Shown piece after piece: positions 11,926 to 24,699 of a stretch of DNA of 64,000 bases. Source of the stretch: Octopus sinensis (taxonomy: Eukaryota); NCBI RefSeq assembly GCF_006345805.1, contig NC_043016.1, positions 6,882,001-6,946,000 of the forward strand. The letters are read 5' to 3'. The stretch's first letter is position 1; each line of letters opens with the position of its first letter. A program made the translations under genes and the position numbers. The notes beneath the pieces are model-generated. The model did not search any database. It was not told where the DNA came from and saw only the letters and a program-made list of their open reading frames with translations.

Positions 11926-13572
11926 CCATTCCTCTCTATGATGTCCCGAATAAGGTGGAGGTCGTCATGGATGGACCTATTTGGGATTGCGCACCTTTGT
12001 GCTTCCTCTACTTGACTACCAACGACCATCACCAACCTTTTAGCTAACACCTAGGCTATAGTCTTAAGCTCTGTGTTTAGCAGAATTATGGACCGAAAAT
12101 CCCTTAGTATGTCCCCACTCTTGGCATCCTTCTTTAGCAGTGTCACCACACCCCGACTAACAGCACTAGGAGTTCTCCCGTTCCGTTGCTAGTTGCGGTA
12201 AACGTCTGCCAAGGATTCGCCAAACATATCTGGTATAAATATATAGAATTCATAGGGCAGACCATCTAAACCTGGCGATTTGCGACTTGTGCAATCGCTC
12301 ACCGCCTCTCGTATTTCAGTGGCCGTTATCGGCTTTTCGCAGAACCTCGCGTCCGCTGCCGAGAGCCGCGGCAGGCCATCGAAGTACGAACTAAAGTACG
12401 TTACCATCGTCGACCCACGCCCCCTCCAAACAACTGCGCGAAGTGCTGCTGTAAGGCTATACACATTTGCTCAGAACCATGTAGCACGCGCCCGTCCTGA
12501 TCCATCAAAGACCCGATCGTGGTTTTATTTCCACGTCGCGTCTCCACCGTTCGAACCCATCGGACGGCTTTAGTTCTCTCATGTTTTAGAGCACGGGTCT
12601 TAGCATTGGCAATGCAACCTTCGTGTTTCGCCTCAAAGAAATGGTCAAGAGCCATTCTTGCCGCTAGCACGTCAGTCGCGATGCCTTTACTAATCGCCTC
12701 TTCTAGTTCGCCCACTAGTTCTAATCTGTTTCTTTCTATTGCTAATCTTTGCTGAACTCTATCGATTCTGTTCTAATTGTCCTCTTCAGGGTAATCCACC
12801 ACCGACTGTTGACGATTGCATCACTCAACTGCCGCTTAACTAGTTCATTAATCCGGTCCCTGTAGTCTTTGCTCTCCGGAAAGTATGCATTAAACTTCCA
12901 TTAACCGGGTCCCTATCTACGAATCCTATCTAAATCGACTCGTGTAGCACCAAAATTTGAATAATGTACACCCAGACGATCCTTATCCGCTGACCAAACA
13001 AATATTCTATCTAGATACTATCTGAATGACCTATTACTCCATGACCACACTGGCACACCGGGGAAATCCAGTCTATACCTGTTAAACAGTTGGAAGTTTC
13101 TAAGCAGGTTTCCGATGCTTTTAAACCCACTTTTTCTATGTACAAGACCCACACAGTCTTTCCGCGCGTCCAAAATACTATTCCAGTCCCCCACTAGTAG
13201 TAAAGTGCGAGTCATTCCCGAGACCATTTCTAGATGCCTGATGAAATCTGGCCTCCCAGCCCCTGTCGGAACATACACAGCCACCAATCCAAAGGTGCCA
13301 CCTTCACCGCCATTCACATCTAGGACCACCAACCTAGCGTTCGGGTCCGAGAAGATTGCCCTTACTTTGAGACCCAAAGATTTTCTGAATAAAACTGCTA
13401 TATCGCCTCTTGCTCTCGACAGGCCACAAAACGAGAATACCTAGAAGTGTAGCTGGTAGAAAAAACCAGACAATCCCTCAATGACGCTAGCACTGAACCC
13501 TCTTTCCTTCTTATTGAGGAAATCTGAAGGATTACTAGAAGACGGGAAAATCATCCTAACATAGCCTTTTCA
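11926..13572 (-). mobile_element. Tx1-like L1 ORF2 fragment (endonuclease to start of RT), degenerate
   Basis: RLVVLDV..LVAVYVP, LLVGDWNSILD, KSPGLDGLPYEFY; homologous to 52437-54200. Confidence 0.85.
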
Positions 13573-13574
13573 TC

Positions 13575-14200
13575 AACAACCTGAAATTAGATGTCCAATA
13601 TCTGATACTTTTAAAGGATGTAGGACTACAGTTTTGCCAAGAAAAATATCCCTCTCTGGTTTTGTAAGAAATGAGGCTATAAACCGAGCTAACATCTCTA
13701 TCAATGGCCGGACATGTACATTGATGGAACATATGACAAAGAACACGTAACCAAAGTATATCTCATCCGAACGAAAACAATATGGTATCGGGGCTCTTTG
13801 CATTTTATAGATCAGTGACTTATAATATTATTAATAATATATGTTAGAACTCGAAATCAGTTGTAATACATCTTTTTGGCCATCCAAATAGACACGAGTT
13901 GATATCTTTTAAACACTACCTCAATAACATTTCCTCATCAAAAGTGATTTTGAACGGCCGTTCATAGAACAAAAATAAGAAGGCAGAGAGTTAATATAGA
14001 TTCCAACAACCTTTTAATGTCGTATTATTCAAGTAGAACCTACTCGCAATGACACAATGAAGAACATCCATGGCAATAAGTCTGCCTACATGAAAAGTTA
14101 TGGAAATTGGATTGAAGTTCCTCGGAATGTAATTCTTTGAATATTCGTTTTTATTAACAATATACATCCAAGAAAGTTGTCGAGCGCAACAAAACATCGG
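13575..14200 (-). mobile_element. Very old CR1/L2-like RT remnant
   Basis: PRNFNPISIT (cf. P.NYRPISLT), VYLDGQK (cf. YLDFSK) and FIASFLT (cf. WI.SFLT) in the expected order; weak. Confidence 0.35.
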
Positions 14201-14594
14201 AGCAAATTACTTATGTCATGGAAAATTTTCCGAACGTCAGGAATAGAAACCAACGTAGTCTAACCGGAAAAAAAACTCCGATATATTAAATCGCACTCTG
14301 AATGACTTTTGCAAATCGGAAATTGGAGAAAATAATAAAAATAACAAAATCTCTGAAGCAGAGAAGTGATAGGAATGCTAATATCTAGATATGGCAGTAA
14401 ACTATGTGGTGTTGATACCAAAGCCACAGTCTAGATCATAATCAGCTGTACGTAAGTGTTATCACGATAATAGCTTTGGGGTGTGGACGGGTATGTCATG
14501 TAAATTTATTACAAGTTGCTTTTGAACTGTGAAAATATATCAAATATTCTGGAAATAAAAACTATAGTATATACACACACAAGCGCATATACAT

Positions 14595-14637
<43 letters not shown>

Positions 14638-14645
14638 CTTAAATA

Positions 14646-14724
14646 TTAGGTCGGCCAAAGATATCGTTCATTTTTGTTTTTAAGCGAAAATAAGTCTGAA
14701 ACAATTACTGAGATGCAGAACGGA
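14646..14724 (+). mobile_element. Probable mariner left terminus cut by the scaffold gap
   Basis: TA-TTAGGTCGGCCAAA resembles the TTAGGTTGGTGCAAA mariner TIR type. Confidence 0.4.
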
Positions 14725-14824
14725 NNNNNNNNNNNNNNNNNNNNNNNNNNNNNNNNNNNNNNNNNNNNNNNNNNNNNNNNNNNNNNNNNNNNNNNNNNNN
14801 NNNNNNNNNNNNNNNNNNNNNNNN
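14725..14824. other. Assembly gap (100 N)
   Basis: Exactly 100 Ns; true size and adjacency unknown. Confidence 1.
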
Positions 14825-14829
14825 TTTTG

Positions 14830-17215
14830 GAGTGATATTTGATTTTAAGAAAGAGGTCAATGGAAATTGACGTAGCAAACAGGAAAAGTGAACAGAATGA
14901 ACCAGAAAGCGTACATGTGGTTCTTCATTCGTGGATTCTGGATTGACAAATGAACCCAAGTCTGGGAGGCAAAGCTTCGGCTTTGTCAATATCAGACGTG
15001 AAATCTTTTAAGAAGATAGCTTGACAAAGTTGCTTTATATATGATTTATATAAATCTTTATATGATTCTGCTAATTTTGATATTGAGAAACGCAAAAGTT
15101 GGGTTAAGAGTTCAAGGAAAGAAAAGAGAAGATCAATCACCTCCTTTTCATGGATGACCTGAAACTCTACGGGAAAGATGCGAACCAACTGAATTCACTG
15201 ATTCAAACAGTGCATTGCTTTAGCACGGACACTAGATTGAAGTGAAAAATGGCGAAGTGGTGATTCTCAAACGAGGAAAAGTTCAAAAAATGAATGGTGT
15301 GAAGTTGCCTCCGAGAGAAGTAATGAAGAGAATAGACAAGAAAGGATACAAGTTGTCTGACTATATTGGAAGTAGGCGAATTAAGGGAAAGCCAAATGTA
15401 GAAGATATTCTCTCAAGAGCATTACTGAAGGTTGAAATTAATTCTGAAAATTAAATTGAATAAGCTCCGAGCAATAAAATCATGGGCTCTCTCGAGGTAT
15501 GGAGCAAAAGCGATGCGATGGCAGAAGAGAGGAACTACAATCCTTGGATCAGAAATCAAGGAAACAATACTCTGTGCATTCCTTCTGAAAAGTGATGTTG
15601 ACAGGCTACACATAATGAAAAAGAAAGGAAAGCGAGGATTGATATGTTGTAAGGATTGTATTTTCTAAGGATTGTATTCAGACAGAGGAAAACAATATTG
15701 TTTGGTATATAAAGAATGCAGAAGAATCATTAGTCGTACAAGTAAGCGAGGCAAGACTATTACACAGAAAAGAAAGAAAAAAACAGCCAGGAGAAGATGA
15801 ATTACAAAAGAGACAGAGGCGAATAGGAAAAACAACTGGAAAGATAAGAAGATTCATGATCAGATCTTGAGAGATATCAGAGGACATATACTCAGATAAA
15901 AGATAGTTGTAATTACAAAAGAGCGATCTGAGATCTGAAATGGAGATCTTGATATGTAGAGCACAAAAGCGAGCATTAAGAACTAATTACAACAAGCACA
16001 AAATCGATCAGTCAATAGAATCAGACAACTACAGAATGTGCGGTGAAACTGGAGAGACAGGGATAGTTTAAGTGAATGCTTCAAATTGACCCCCGAAGGA
16101 ATACAAGAGGAGGCATGATAATGTCTCCAGAATGGTCCACTGGAAGAAATATGTGTAGTGATCCTACAACGGCGCGCGCTCGCGCACCGTCCATTTGTAT
16201 TTCGCGCGTGTTGGTGCCTTTACCAAGGCAGAGAAAGGAAGGGCCCTCTCGCGAATGCGCGAACCACCGGAAGCACGACCCGCTTGCCTATCGTGGTAGT
16301 TAGCGAGGCAAGGGGGTCGTAGAACGTTTGACCACTAGCAGCAGTCATCGGGGACTTGCGACCCAGCGATTGAAGGCGGCGGTCACGATATATTTTCTCT
16401 CCGGTTGATAGCAGCAGTCGGCCGAATGCCTTTAACCAAATTGTTGCCGACCACATTCAACTTCCCTGTTCGACGCCATCGTGACCCCTTTCTGGTTTAG
16501 CGGCTGAACATTGTAAATATTACAATCGATTAACTTTCAGCCTTGCGCGCCCCGAACCAAGGACATCAGATAACACACTTATTGTTATTGTTACCAAGAA
16601 AGAGAATAAAGTAGTATATATATATTTTACGTCTGCGTCTTGTTGTTTCTGACTGGTAGAATTCTGGATTATTAAAGCAACGGCTAGTGAGTGATTGCTT
16701 TCTTGTACCCCGAAAGTACAAGATCAAATACTCACATCAAGCTAGTTTCATATGTAACAAGTTTAGACTGGGAAGAACAAGAAAATGGTATGAACATGAG
16801 GCGAAGCGTTCAGTAGAAAATGACAGGGTTGAAATCCTTTGGAACTTCATGATCAAGCGGAAACTGGATATTGTGCTGGTGGTCAAGGAAGAAAAGTCAT
16901 GTCTGCACTAGTGACAGCAGAGTCATCGAAAAAGGAGAAAAACTGACAGCAATATGAAACTGTGAGGAGAAAAATAAAGAAGCTGCGGCCAATGAAAACG
17001 GTGTATAACGTTCCAATAAATGTGGGTGCCTTAGGAAAAAAAGGAGTAAAAGAATTAAAGATTGGTTGGAAATGTTAGGAATGAAAATATCCAGACAAAC
17101 AGCATGCTTGACAATGCAAAGAATCTCCGCAAAGTTTCGAGATCTGAAAATAAAGTACCACCTAGTTCTCGGGGAGTGAACAGCTGGTTCAGTAATTACA
17201 TCTGTCGTAATAAGC
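14830..17215 (+). mobile_element. Dong/R4-clade LINE (RT, CCHC, restriction-like endonuclease), degenerate, split by a solo LTR
   Basis: KINHLLFMDDLKLY (15128-15175), RMCGET..KEYKRRHDNV, K.DIVLVVKEEKSCL; followed by (TAA)n at 17229. Confidence 0.85.
16154..16750 (+). mobile_element. Solo LTR, 597 bp, TG...CA, 4-bp TSD TATG
   Basis: TATG at 16150-16153 and 16751-16754; LINE sequence resumes across the site; AATAAA at 16605-16610. Confidence 0.85.
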
Positions 17216-17228
17216 TATGTTAGATGTA

Positions 17229-17284
17229 ACAATAATAATAATAATAATAATGATAATAATAATAATAATAATGATAATATAATA

Positions 17285-17336
<52 letters not shown>

Positions 17337-17339
17337 TAA

Positions 17340-17418
<79 letters not shown>

Positions 17419-17482
17419 TGATGATGATGATGATGATGACAACGACAACGACGTCAACAATAACAACCACAATAATAATAAT
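17229..17482. repeat. (TAA)n-(TGA)n-(CAA) compound microsatellite
   Basis: Direct reading. Confidence 0.95.
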
Positions 17483-17879
17483 GGTTTACAATTTTGCCTC
17501 AAAGGCAGCCATTTTGGAGGAGGGGATGAGTCGATTACATCGACCCCAGTATTTCTCTGGTACTAAATTTATCGACCCTGAAAGGATGAAAGGCAAAGAC
17601 GGCGGAATTTGAACATAGCGACAGACGAAATTCCGCTAAGCATTTCGCTCGGCGTGCTAAACATTTGGCCAGCAGCCCCTTAGTGGTAGTATATATATAT
17701 ATATAATATATATATATATATATTATATATATATATATATAATATATCTATATATATAATATATAATTATATATATATATAAAGTTAATCCAAATATGAA
17801 AGCACAAAAAAACACAACAACGCGAGGACGTGGAACAATCTAGTATTATTGGACGCTCAGGAAGGAAGGGAAGAGGAGG

Positions 17880-17913
17880 TTTTAACGTTCGGGCGGAGCT
17901 CTTCATCGGAAAC
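17880..17913 (-). ncRNA. Degenerate minimal hammerhead-like motif in a Penelope-type terminal fragment (about 17780-18000)
   Basis: Minus strand TTT-CCGATGA-A-GAGC-TCC-GCCC-GAA-CGTT-AAAA; one A of GAAA missing and stem II mismatched. Confidence 0.45.
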
Positions 17914-18028
17914 ATAGGAGAAGGAAGATCCGAGAAGGGAATACAGAGGAAAAAATCACGAACGGTACACCGCGGTCACATTTTGTTTGACTTGAAGAGA
18001 GGCAAAATCAAATGTATGGACGGGCTAG

Positions 18029-19399
18029 CGATACTGTCTGGGAGGTTATGAAGCAGATAGAAGGGACGAGCTGTAAGTACTTGGGGATACTGGGAATGGA
18101 TCAACTGATGGAGACAGAAATGACTGAAAAATTTAAAGTGGAGTACTTGCGCAGACTAAGACTGATACTTAAGTCAAAATTAAACGAACGGAATAAGATT
18201 GAAGCTATCAAAACCTGGACGGTTTCACTCCTTAGATATGGAGCAGGGGTAATCACATGGACAGTAGACAAGCTAAACAGCTTAAACAGAAAGACAAGGA
18301 AGTTGCTGACTAGATATGGGATACTCCACCCAAAAAGTGACACAGACAGACTGTATGAACCAAGAAAAAGAGGAGGAAGAGGGCTGATTGGATGCGAACA
18401 CAGCATTAGAGCAGAAGAAAACAACATAGCATGGCATGTAAAAATGCCACAAAACCATTGTTATTAGAAGTAAGAAGGTCAGGCTTGTTTAGGATGGAAG
18501 ATTGCAAAGATAAGGCACCGTACAAACAATTGAGAATGAATGAAGCTGAAAATAGGTGGACGCAGAAAAGAATGCATGGAAAAGTTCATAGTGATGTTGA
18601 ATATAAGACAGACAGAGAAAAAAGATGGCTATAGATGACTAAAAGGGATTTAAAACCGGAAACGGAGGCTCTATCCTTTACTGCCCAAGAGTAAGCACAA
18701 AGAACGAATTACATCAAATACAGAATAAACAACACATCAGAAAGTGACAATTGCAGAATTTGTGGATAAAATGGTGAAACCGTATGGCATATCACCAGCC
18801 AATGTACGCCAGTAGTCCAGAAAGAATATAAGAAACGTCATGACAGTATAGAAAAGATTGTCCATTGGACACTTTGCAACAAGTATGGACTTGACAGAGC
18901 AAATAAAGTGGTACGAACATAAACCCGAAGGCATCATCGAAAATGATAATGCGAAGATCCTATGAGATTTTATGATTCGGTGCGACCATGAGATAGAGAA
19001 TAGGAAGCCGGGCATAGTGTTAATTGAGAAAGAAAGCAAACTATGCTGGATCATAGATACAGCATGCCCAGCTAACAACAAGGTATGCAATAAGGAAGAA
19101 AGAAAAGTCGATAGATATGACAGGTTAGCTTGGGAGTTTAAGCAGTTGTGGTCGATGAAAAAAGTGGTAGTAGTACCAAAAATTGTCGGAGTCCAGGGAA
19201 CAGTGAATAAATATCTTGAGAAGTATGTGGAACAAATAGGGGCTGCAATAAGTGTGGAGCACTTGCAGAAAACAGTACTGCTTGGAACCGCTCGAATACT
19301 CTTGAAGGTGCTCGAAAAACAAGGAGTGTTACCGTAGTTCACTGGTAGTGAACAGCTGGCACCGTAGTACATCTCCAGCGTTAGAAGCTGTGCAAAAAC
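18029..19399 (+). mobile_element. 5'-truncated Dong/R4-clade LINE
   Basis: YKYLG-like motif, DRLY.PRKRGGRGL, KPGIVLIEKESKLCWIID, LQKTVLLGT; 3' UTR ends in (TAA)n. Confidence 0.9.
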
Positions 19400-19649
<250 letters not shown>

Positions 19650-19650
<1 letters not shown>

Positions 19651-19955
19651 GAAAGACTCTCCAATAGTTTTTAATTACCGGTTATTCTTTACTTGAAAAC
19701 AGTCAATAACCAAAGGTTTCAAGTGGTGCTTTCTCCTGTGACTGAAAGAGTCAATACTCTCCATAGAATGCGTTCTGTACCACCCAACAATTCTGTCTTC
19801 TGGATCACTTCGAGCCTGACAGCAGCTCCAATATTCTTAATATGTTTTTCAAAGCTCTTGGGAACTGCTCCTAATGCTCCAATTACCACCGGTATCACCA
19901 TTACTTTCCTCATGCCCCATTACTTTCCTATCTCGTCCTGCAGTGGATGGTATTT
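19650..19955 (-). mobile_element. 3' end of a Dong/R4 LINE
   Basis: ORF 19719-19913: VIPVVIGALGAVPKSFEKHIKNIG..IQKTELLG. Confidence 0.85.
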
Positions 19956-20039
19956 CCAATCATTAGCATCATCATCGTCGTTGTCATCTTCCTCGTCGTC
20001 GTCGTCGTTGTTGTTGTTGTCATTATTATTTACGCAGCT

Positions 20040-21790
20040 GCTTAGACAATTGAAACCAGTTGTATGCCTTCGAAAAAAAGAAATAAAAACCTGGGAAGAA
20101 TTCCAAATTGGAGATGTAAAATTGAAAAAGAAATTGAAATAATGAGAGGTGATATATCAATATTAAATTAAATAGTCTGTGGAAACGATGTAAGAGGCAG
20201 AAAACGAAGAAAGATGAAGAGAAAATATAGATTCTCACCAAGAGAAGAACTGCTTTCAACAAAAGAAACACTGCAACAAAAACTCCAAGCTCAAAGAATA
20301 GGAAGATTTGAGAAGAGAAACAAGTTTTAGAAGCTTTAGAACGTGTTCGCATCCAATGCGAAAACAGTCTGCAGAGAAGTAGGGAAGGTGAAAATAACCG
20401 TTGAAGACCCCACTCCAATGGAAGAAGTTGAAAACTTCTGGAAAAATATTTGGAGTGATGAAAACACAGACAATGAAACTGCAGACTGGATTATACGTAC
20501 AATTTACCTGAACAAGCATGGGAAGACATCACAATAGCAGACCTAAGGATGACACTCACGAAGGCTCATAAGTGGGAATCCACTGGTAATGATAGGGTAC
20601 CAAATTTCTGGCTCGCATCGCTCCCGTGCGAACACGAAAATTAATTGTTATTCAATGAAAGGATCAATGAGAGATCCTAAGAAAACCCTTGACTGATTAG
20701 CAAGCGGTATTACTTGCCGACTCTCGAATAATAATGAAACCAAATTTCATCAAAACTATCGGCCCATTACATGTCTTTCTACTACGTATAAAATTTTAAC
20801 ATCCATTCTTGTAGAGAAAACATAGAAACTTATGGAACAGAACGATATTTTCCCCACTGAACAAAAAGGGCGCAAACGAAGTTCATAATGGATGCAAAGA
20901 CCAACTCTTAATCAATCGAATGATCCTTTAAAACTGTCATAACAAACGCAGAAATCTCAGTTCCGCATGGATTATAAGAAGGCCTTTGATAGTATATCAC
21001 ATTCATGGATCTTGAAATCACTGGATATCTTCAAAATTTTTCCTGTGATTTCAAACTTCCTGAATCATAACATGGAATACTGACTACAAACAATATTAAT
21101 TGTGGAATTTTCAAAGATGACTCACTTTCATCTCTAATGTTTTGCATAGCCCTAACACCTCTTACAAGTGAACTTGACAGAACAGGGTATGGGTATAAGA
21201 TTGGCTTCAAGAAATTAAGTCATCTCTTTTATATGGATGACTTAAAACCTTATGGCAAAGACGATAATGAGCTTGAAGGTCTTTTACGCACAGTGAGAGT
21301 ATTCAGTGATGACATCGGGGTGGAATTTGATGATGGTAAATGTGTCAAGGACATTTTCCAGAAAGGGGAAGTGAAGAGCTCCCATTCGGTGGTGTTACAT
21401 GTTGACACAGTTATAGAAGAACTTGAGCAGGAATAAACTTGCAAATTTTTCGGAATAAATGAAGACTCTGGCATTCAGTATACAATCATGAAAAAGAAGA
21501 CCAGGAGAGTTCGAGCAGTCCTAAAATCCGAGTTAAATGCACGTAACAAGGTGTTAGCTATAAATTCCTTAGCAGTTCCAGTTGTTATTTAAAGTTTCAA
21601 TGTGTTGAACCGGAATATAAACAAACAACAAAATGATACCAGCACCACCCTGTGGCTGTAACAGAGGGAGAAAATGTAAAGATCTTTTGGTACTTTCATC
21701 GGTCGACAGCCAACATTGTGGTAATCAACTCAACCTTTCAAATAAACTCTATCGCCTCTGATATAACACATCAGACCATAACTGGTAAAG
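20040..21790 (+). mobile_element. Dong/R4 LINE RT region, degenerate, internally deleted
   Basis: EVENFWKNIW, NYRPITCL-like, FCIALTPL, HLFYMDDLK; jumps to the endonuclease region at about 21640. Confidence 0.85.
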
Positions 21791-22516
21791 TTTTGGTACC
21801 ACAACAAACAGCCGTGCCATGCCGTTTACACGTATAAATCAATACTTTTGTCAAAGTGACTATATCAACTTGGTGTATCAATAATGCAAAATTTAGGGCA
21901 AAGACTGCAAAACAAACAAAAACAAGAGACAAAAAATCAAAATAAAAAATGGATGCTGAGATATATATGATATGTCTGTCTGACTGCCTATCTATTTATG
22001 TGTTTATCTGTCTATCTGTGTATCTATCGACCTATGCATCTAGTTATCTACCTATCTTTATATGAGTGTATGCACAAAACAGTTTGTCCATGCGTGCATG
22101 TAAATGAATACACCTTTTCTGCAAAACAAAGTAAAAGGCGAATATCTTGCAGGAAAATAAAAACGAAAGCAAGAAACAGATGTAAGTCACTGAGCGGAAA
22201 CCGAGCAGATTCATTTCGAAAATGGAGAAAATGTTTGAATAATGAATAAAAAAAATTCAGGAAAGAGAAATATACATTGTTCATCTGGCAGAGGAAATTA
22301 ACGAAATATAAACGGACAAAGAAGAGCTGTCCCAACACAGATTTCATTGAAATTAATCAATAATTAATGCTGCAAAAGAAAAAGAAGAATAGGTTACAAG
22401 AAGAAACTGTGTACCAATTGATCGATACATAGCAGGAAATAACGATGTTAGTGCGGAATCGATATTCCAGACTTGAGAGAAGATAGGCTCTACACCTGTA
22501 GACGTAATATGTTCAG

Positions 22517-22521
22517 CGTTG

Positions 22522-22585
<64 letters not shown>

Positions 22586-22586
22586 G
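22517..22586. repeat. (TTA)n microsatellite
   Basis: Direct reading. Confidence 0.95.
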
Positions 22587-22879
22587 TTGCTTTTCAAAAA
22601 AGGGTAAAAACATTGTCAAGAGATGTTTTTAATGGTTTTAGGTCATTTTGGGTTGTATGTCGCAGTATAGCGCCTAAGAAGATTTCTCTAAACGAATATT
22701 TCGTTGGTCAAACGGTTACCAATATGGACAATTCTATTCGAGAGTGTTCAGTTCTATTTAGGAACTTGAAGATTCATTTCAATTTGGTGTCACCAGTGTA
22801 AACGGTACGATGGTGATTAGGAAATACTAAAATAGCGATCTGAGAAAAGAGAAGTTTTTATAAAAAGAATATTAGATTT

Positions 22880-23379
22880 GAGCAATAATAAATCTTAGAG
22901 CGAGTTATAAACAGTAGCTGCAACACATCGTGACGTATATTTGCCATTTAAATATGGCTAACCCCTAAGGGTGGATGCTACTGTAGTTTGTAGCCCCAGG
23001 AGGACACCTCCTCCAGCTGGCTTTAGACACACTTTCTGTGCCCTATCAGTGTTTGCAAAGGGAAGCCTTCCTTCCCGTCTTCAACTTATGATACACACGG
23101 ACTCGAGTTTCTGGGTATTGACCCGTCATCGGCGTGATGTGTTGCAGCTACTGTTTATAACTCGCTCTAAGATTTATTATTGCTTGATTACACCTTTTGT
23201 CTTTATGATACTGGAAAAGGGATAAGTATTTGTGTAGGGAACCTACTTTTCATCGACACTGTGGTTGTCACACGCCGATGACGAGTCTAAAGCCAGCTGG
23301 AGGAGGTGTCCTCCTAGGGCTACAAACTACAGTAGCATCCTTAGGGGTTAGCCATATTTAAATGGCAAATATACGTCAC
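22880..23379. mobile_element. 500-bp Penelope-type insertion with two interleaved inverted repeats and 12-bp TSD
   Basis: TSD AATATTAGATTT at 22868-22879 and 23380-23391; arms A 22881-22929 / A' 23136-23184 and B 22930-23028 / B' 23285-23379. Confidence 0.8.
23096..23136 (-). ncRNA. Minimal type I hammerhead ribozyme-like motif with GUC triplet
   Basis: Minus strand CACG-CCGATGA-C-GGGT-CAAT-ACCC-A-GAAA-CTCGAG-TC-CGTG: stem I CACG/CGTG, stem II GGGT/ACCC, perfect palindrome ACTCGAGT for dimeric stem III. Confidence 0.7.
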
Positions 23380-23433
23380 AATATTAGATTTATAATAGAA
23401 TATTAGACTCTTATCGGGAATATAAAAATTATA

Positions 23434-24192
23434 CAAGGTGCGTTAAAAAAATATCCTACTTTAATCTTCCCCGCAAAACCAATGCCGCATGAGTGGAAAG
23501 TGATGCTACTCTTCCTGAACATGCGTGAAAATTTTCCCGACGGTAAGCCGAGTCAGATTCTGGCTGTTATCCCTTGAGTATGGATGTATAGTGAGCTCTT
23601 TTCGGAATTTGATACTCAAGCTCAAGCCATCCAGAAGATTCAGCAGGCCTTTGCGATGATGAAGGAGTGGTAAAACTGCTTCAAACATGGCCTCCACTTC
23701 AGTGGTGAGCGAGGTACGCTAAAGGCAGGCCATCCACAAGCAGAAAGATGGAAGATCCTCGTGAAACAATCCAGGAAATTGCTCACGAATGCGGAAAGTA
23801 TTAGTGAAGTAAATTTGTGCATGCGGAAAGTGTTTGTGAAGTAAATCTCTCAAGATGCTGGCAGAGTAGCAGAAGCAATTCCGCATAGAAATCCCTCAGG
23901 ATACATGCTAGACTGTGCAAACCAGGACCAGACTTCAAGAAGACCATCACTGGTGATGATTGCCTCTGTTCGGTGCATTCGGTCAGCTTGCGTGAAAGCG
24001 AAAATACGACCAGCGCGCATTAAATGTATGTACTGGAAGAGTAACAGCCGGGACCTGACGCAGGCCACCGGTGCGAAAATTTCCGCGCATGCGTAGGAAG
24101 GTCGACGTCAGCTCCCAACTTAAGGATTTTTCTACGCGGCATTAATTTTGGTGGGAAAAAAATGAAGTCGAATACTTTTTGAACGCATCTCG
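23434..24192 (+). mobile_element. Internally deleted mariner with long diverged terminal inverted repeats
   Basis: TA-flanked TIRs CAAGGTGCGTTAAAAAA / TTTTTGAACGCATCTCG; transposase remnants (GRPSTS-like, D..FKKTITGD). Confidence 0.8.
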
Positions 24193-24699
24193 TATATTTA
24201 TCTTATTTAAGCATTACAAAAGTTAGTTGAGACAAAGTTTTCTGGAAAAATTCGGACGAATGAATTCCTCAGGACAACACTTTGTTCCTCGTATTTATAT
24301 GTATGTGCGCTGTTAGTTACGGGTGCGTTATAATGTTTGGTTGGCCTACAGTGTTAGTGTGTGTGTTTTATTGATGTCAGCAAAGCCTGAGACATGCTAC
24401 CAAGTCATATTCACTTGCCAACAATGGCGATGGTTTTAGTCGGTGATGCATGGTGAAATGGCTTAGAGGTTTGTTTTGCAACCATAACGTTCCGGGTTCG
24501 ATCCCACGTCGTGGCTTCTTCGACAATGTTATTTTCTTAAAATAACACCTGTGAGTGGAATACTTGGCCATTTATGCATTAATTCAATGATTGAAATGTT
24601 AGATCTTTCATCGTCGAGGGACATTCACGAGACATACATTGTCTGATGCAAAATTTTATTGATTAGCCATCCGGCCACAGCAAGCCTCGTCAATCATTG

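Noticed and set aside
14700-14850. Mariner end adjacent to a Dong LINE as a biological junction
   Set aside because: Separated by a 100-N scaffold gap; adjacency is unverified.
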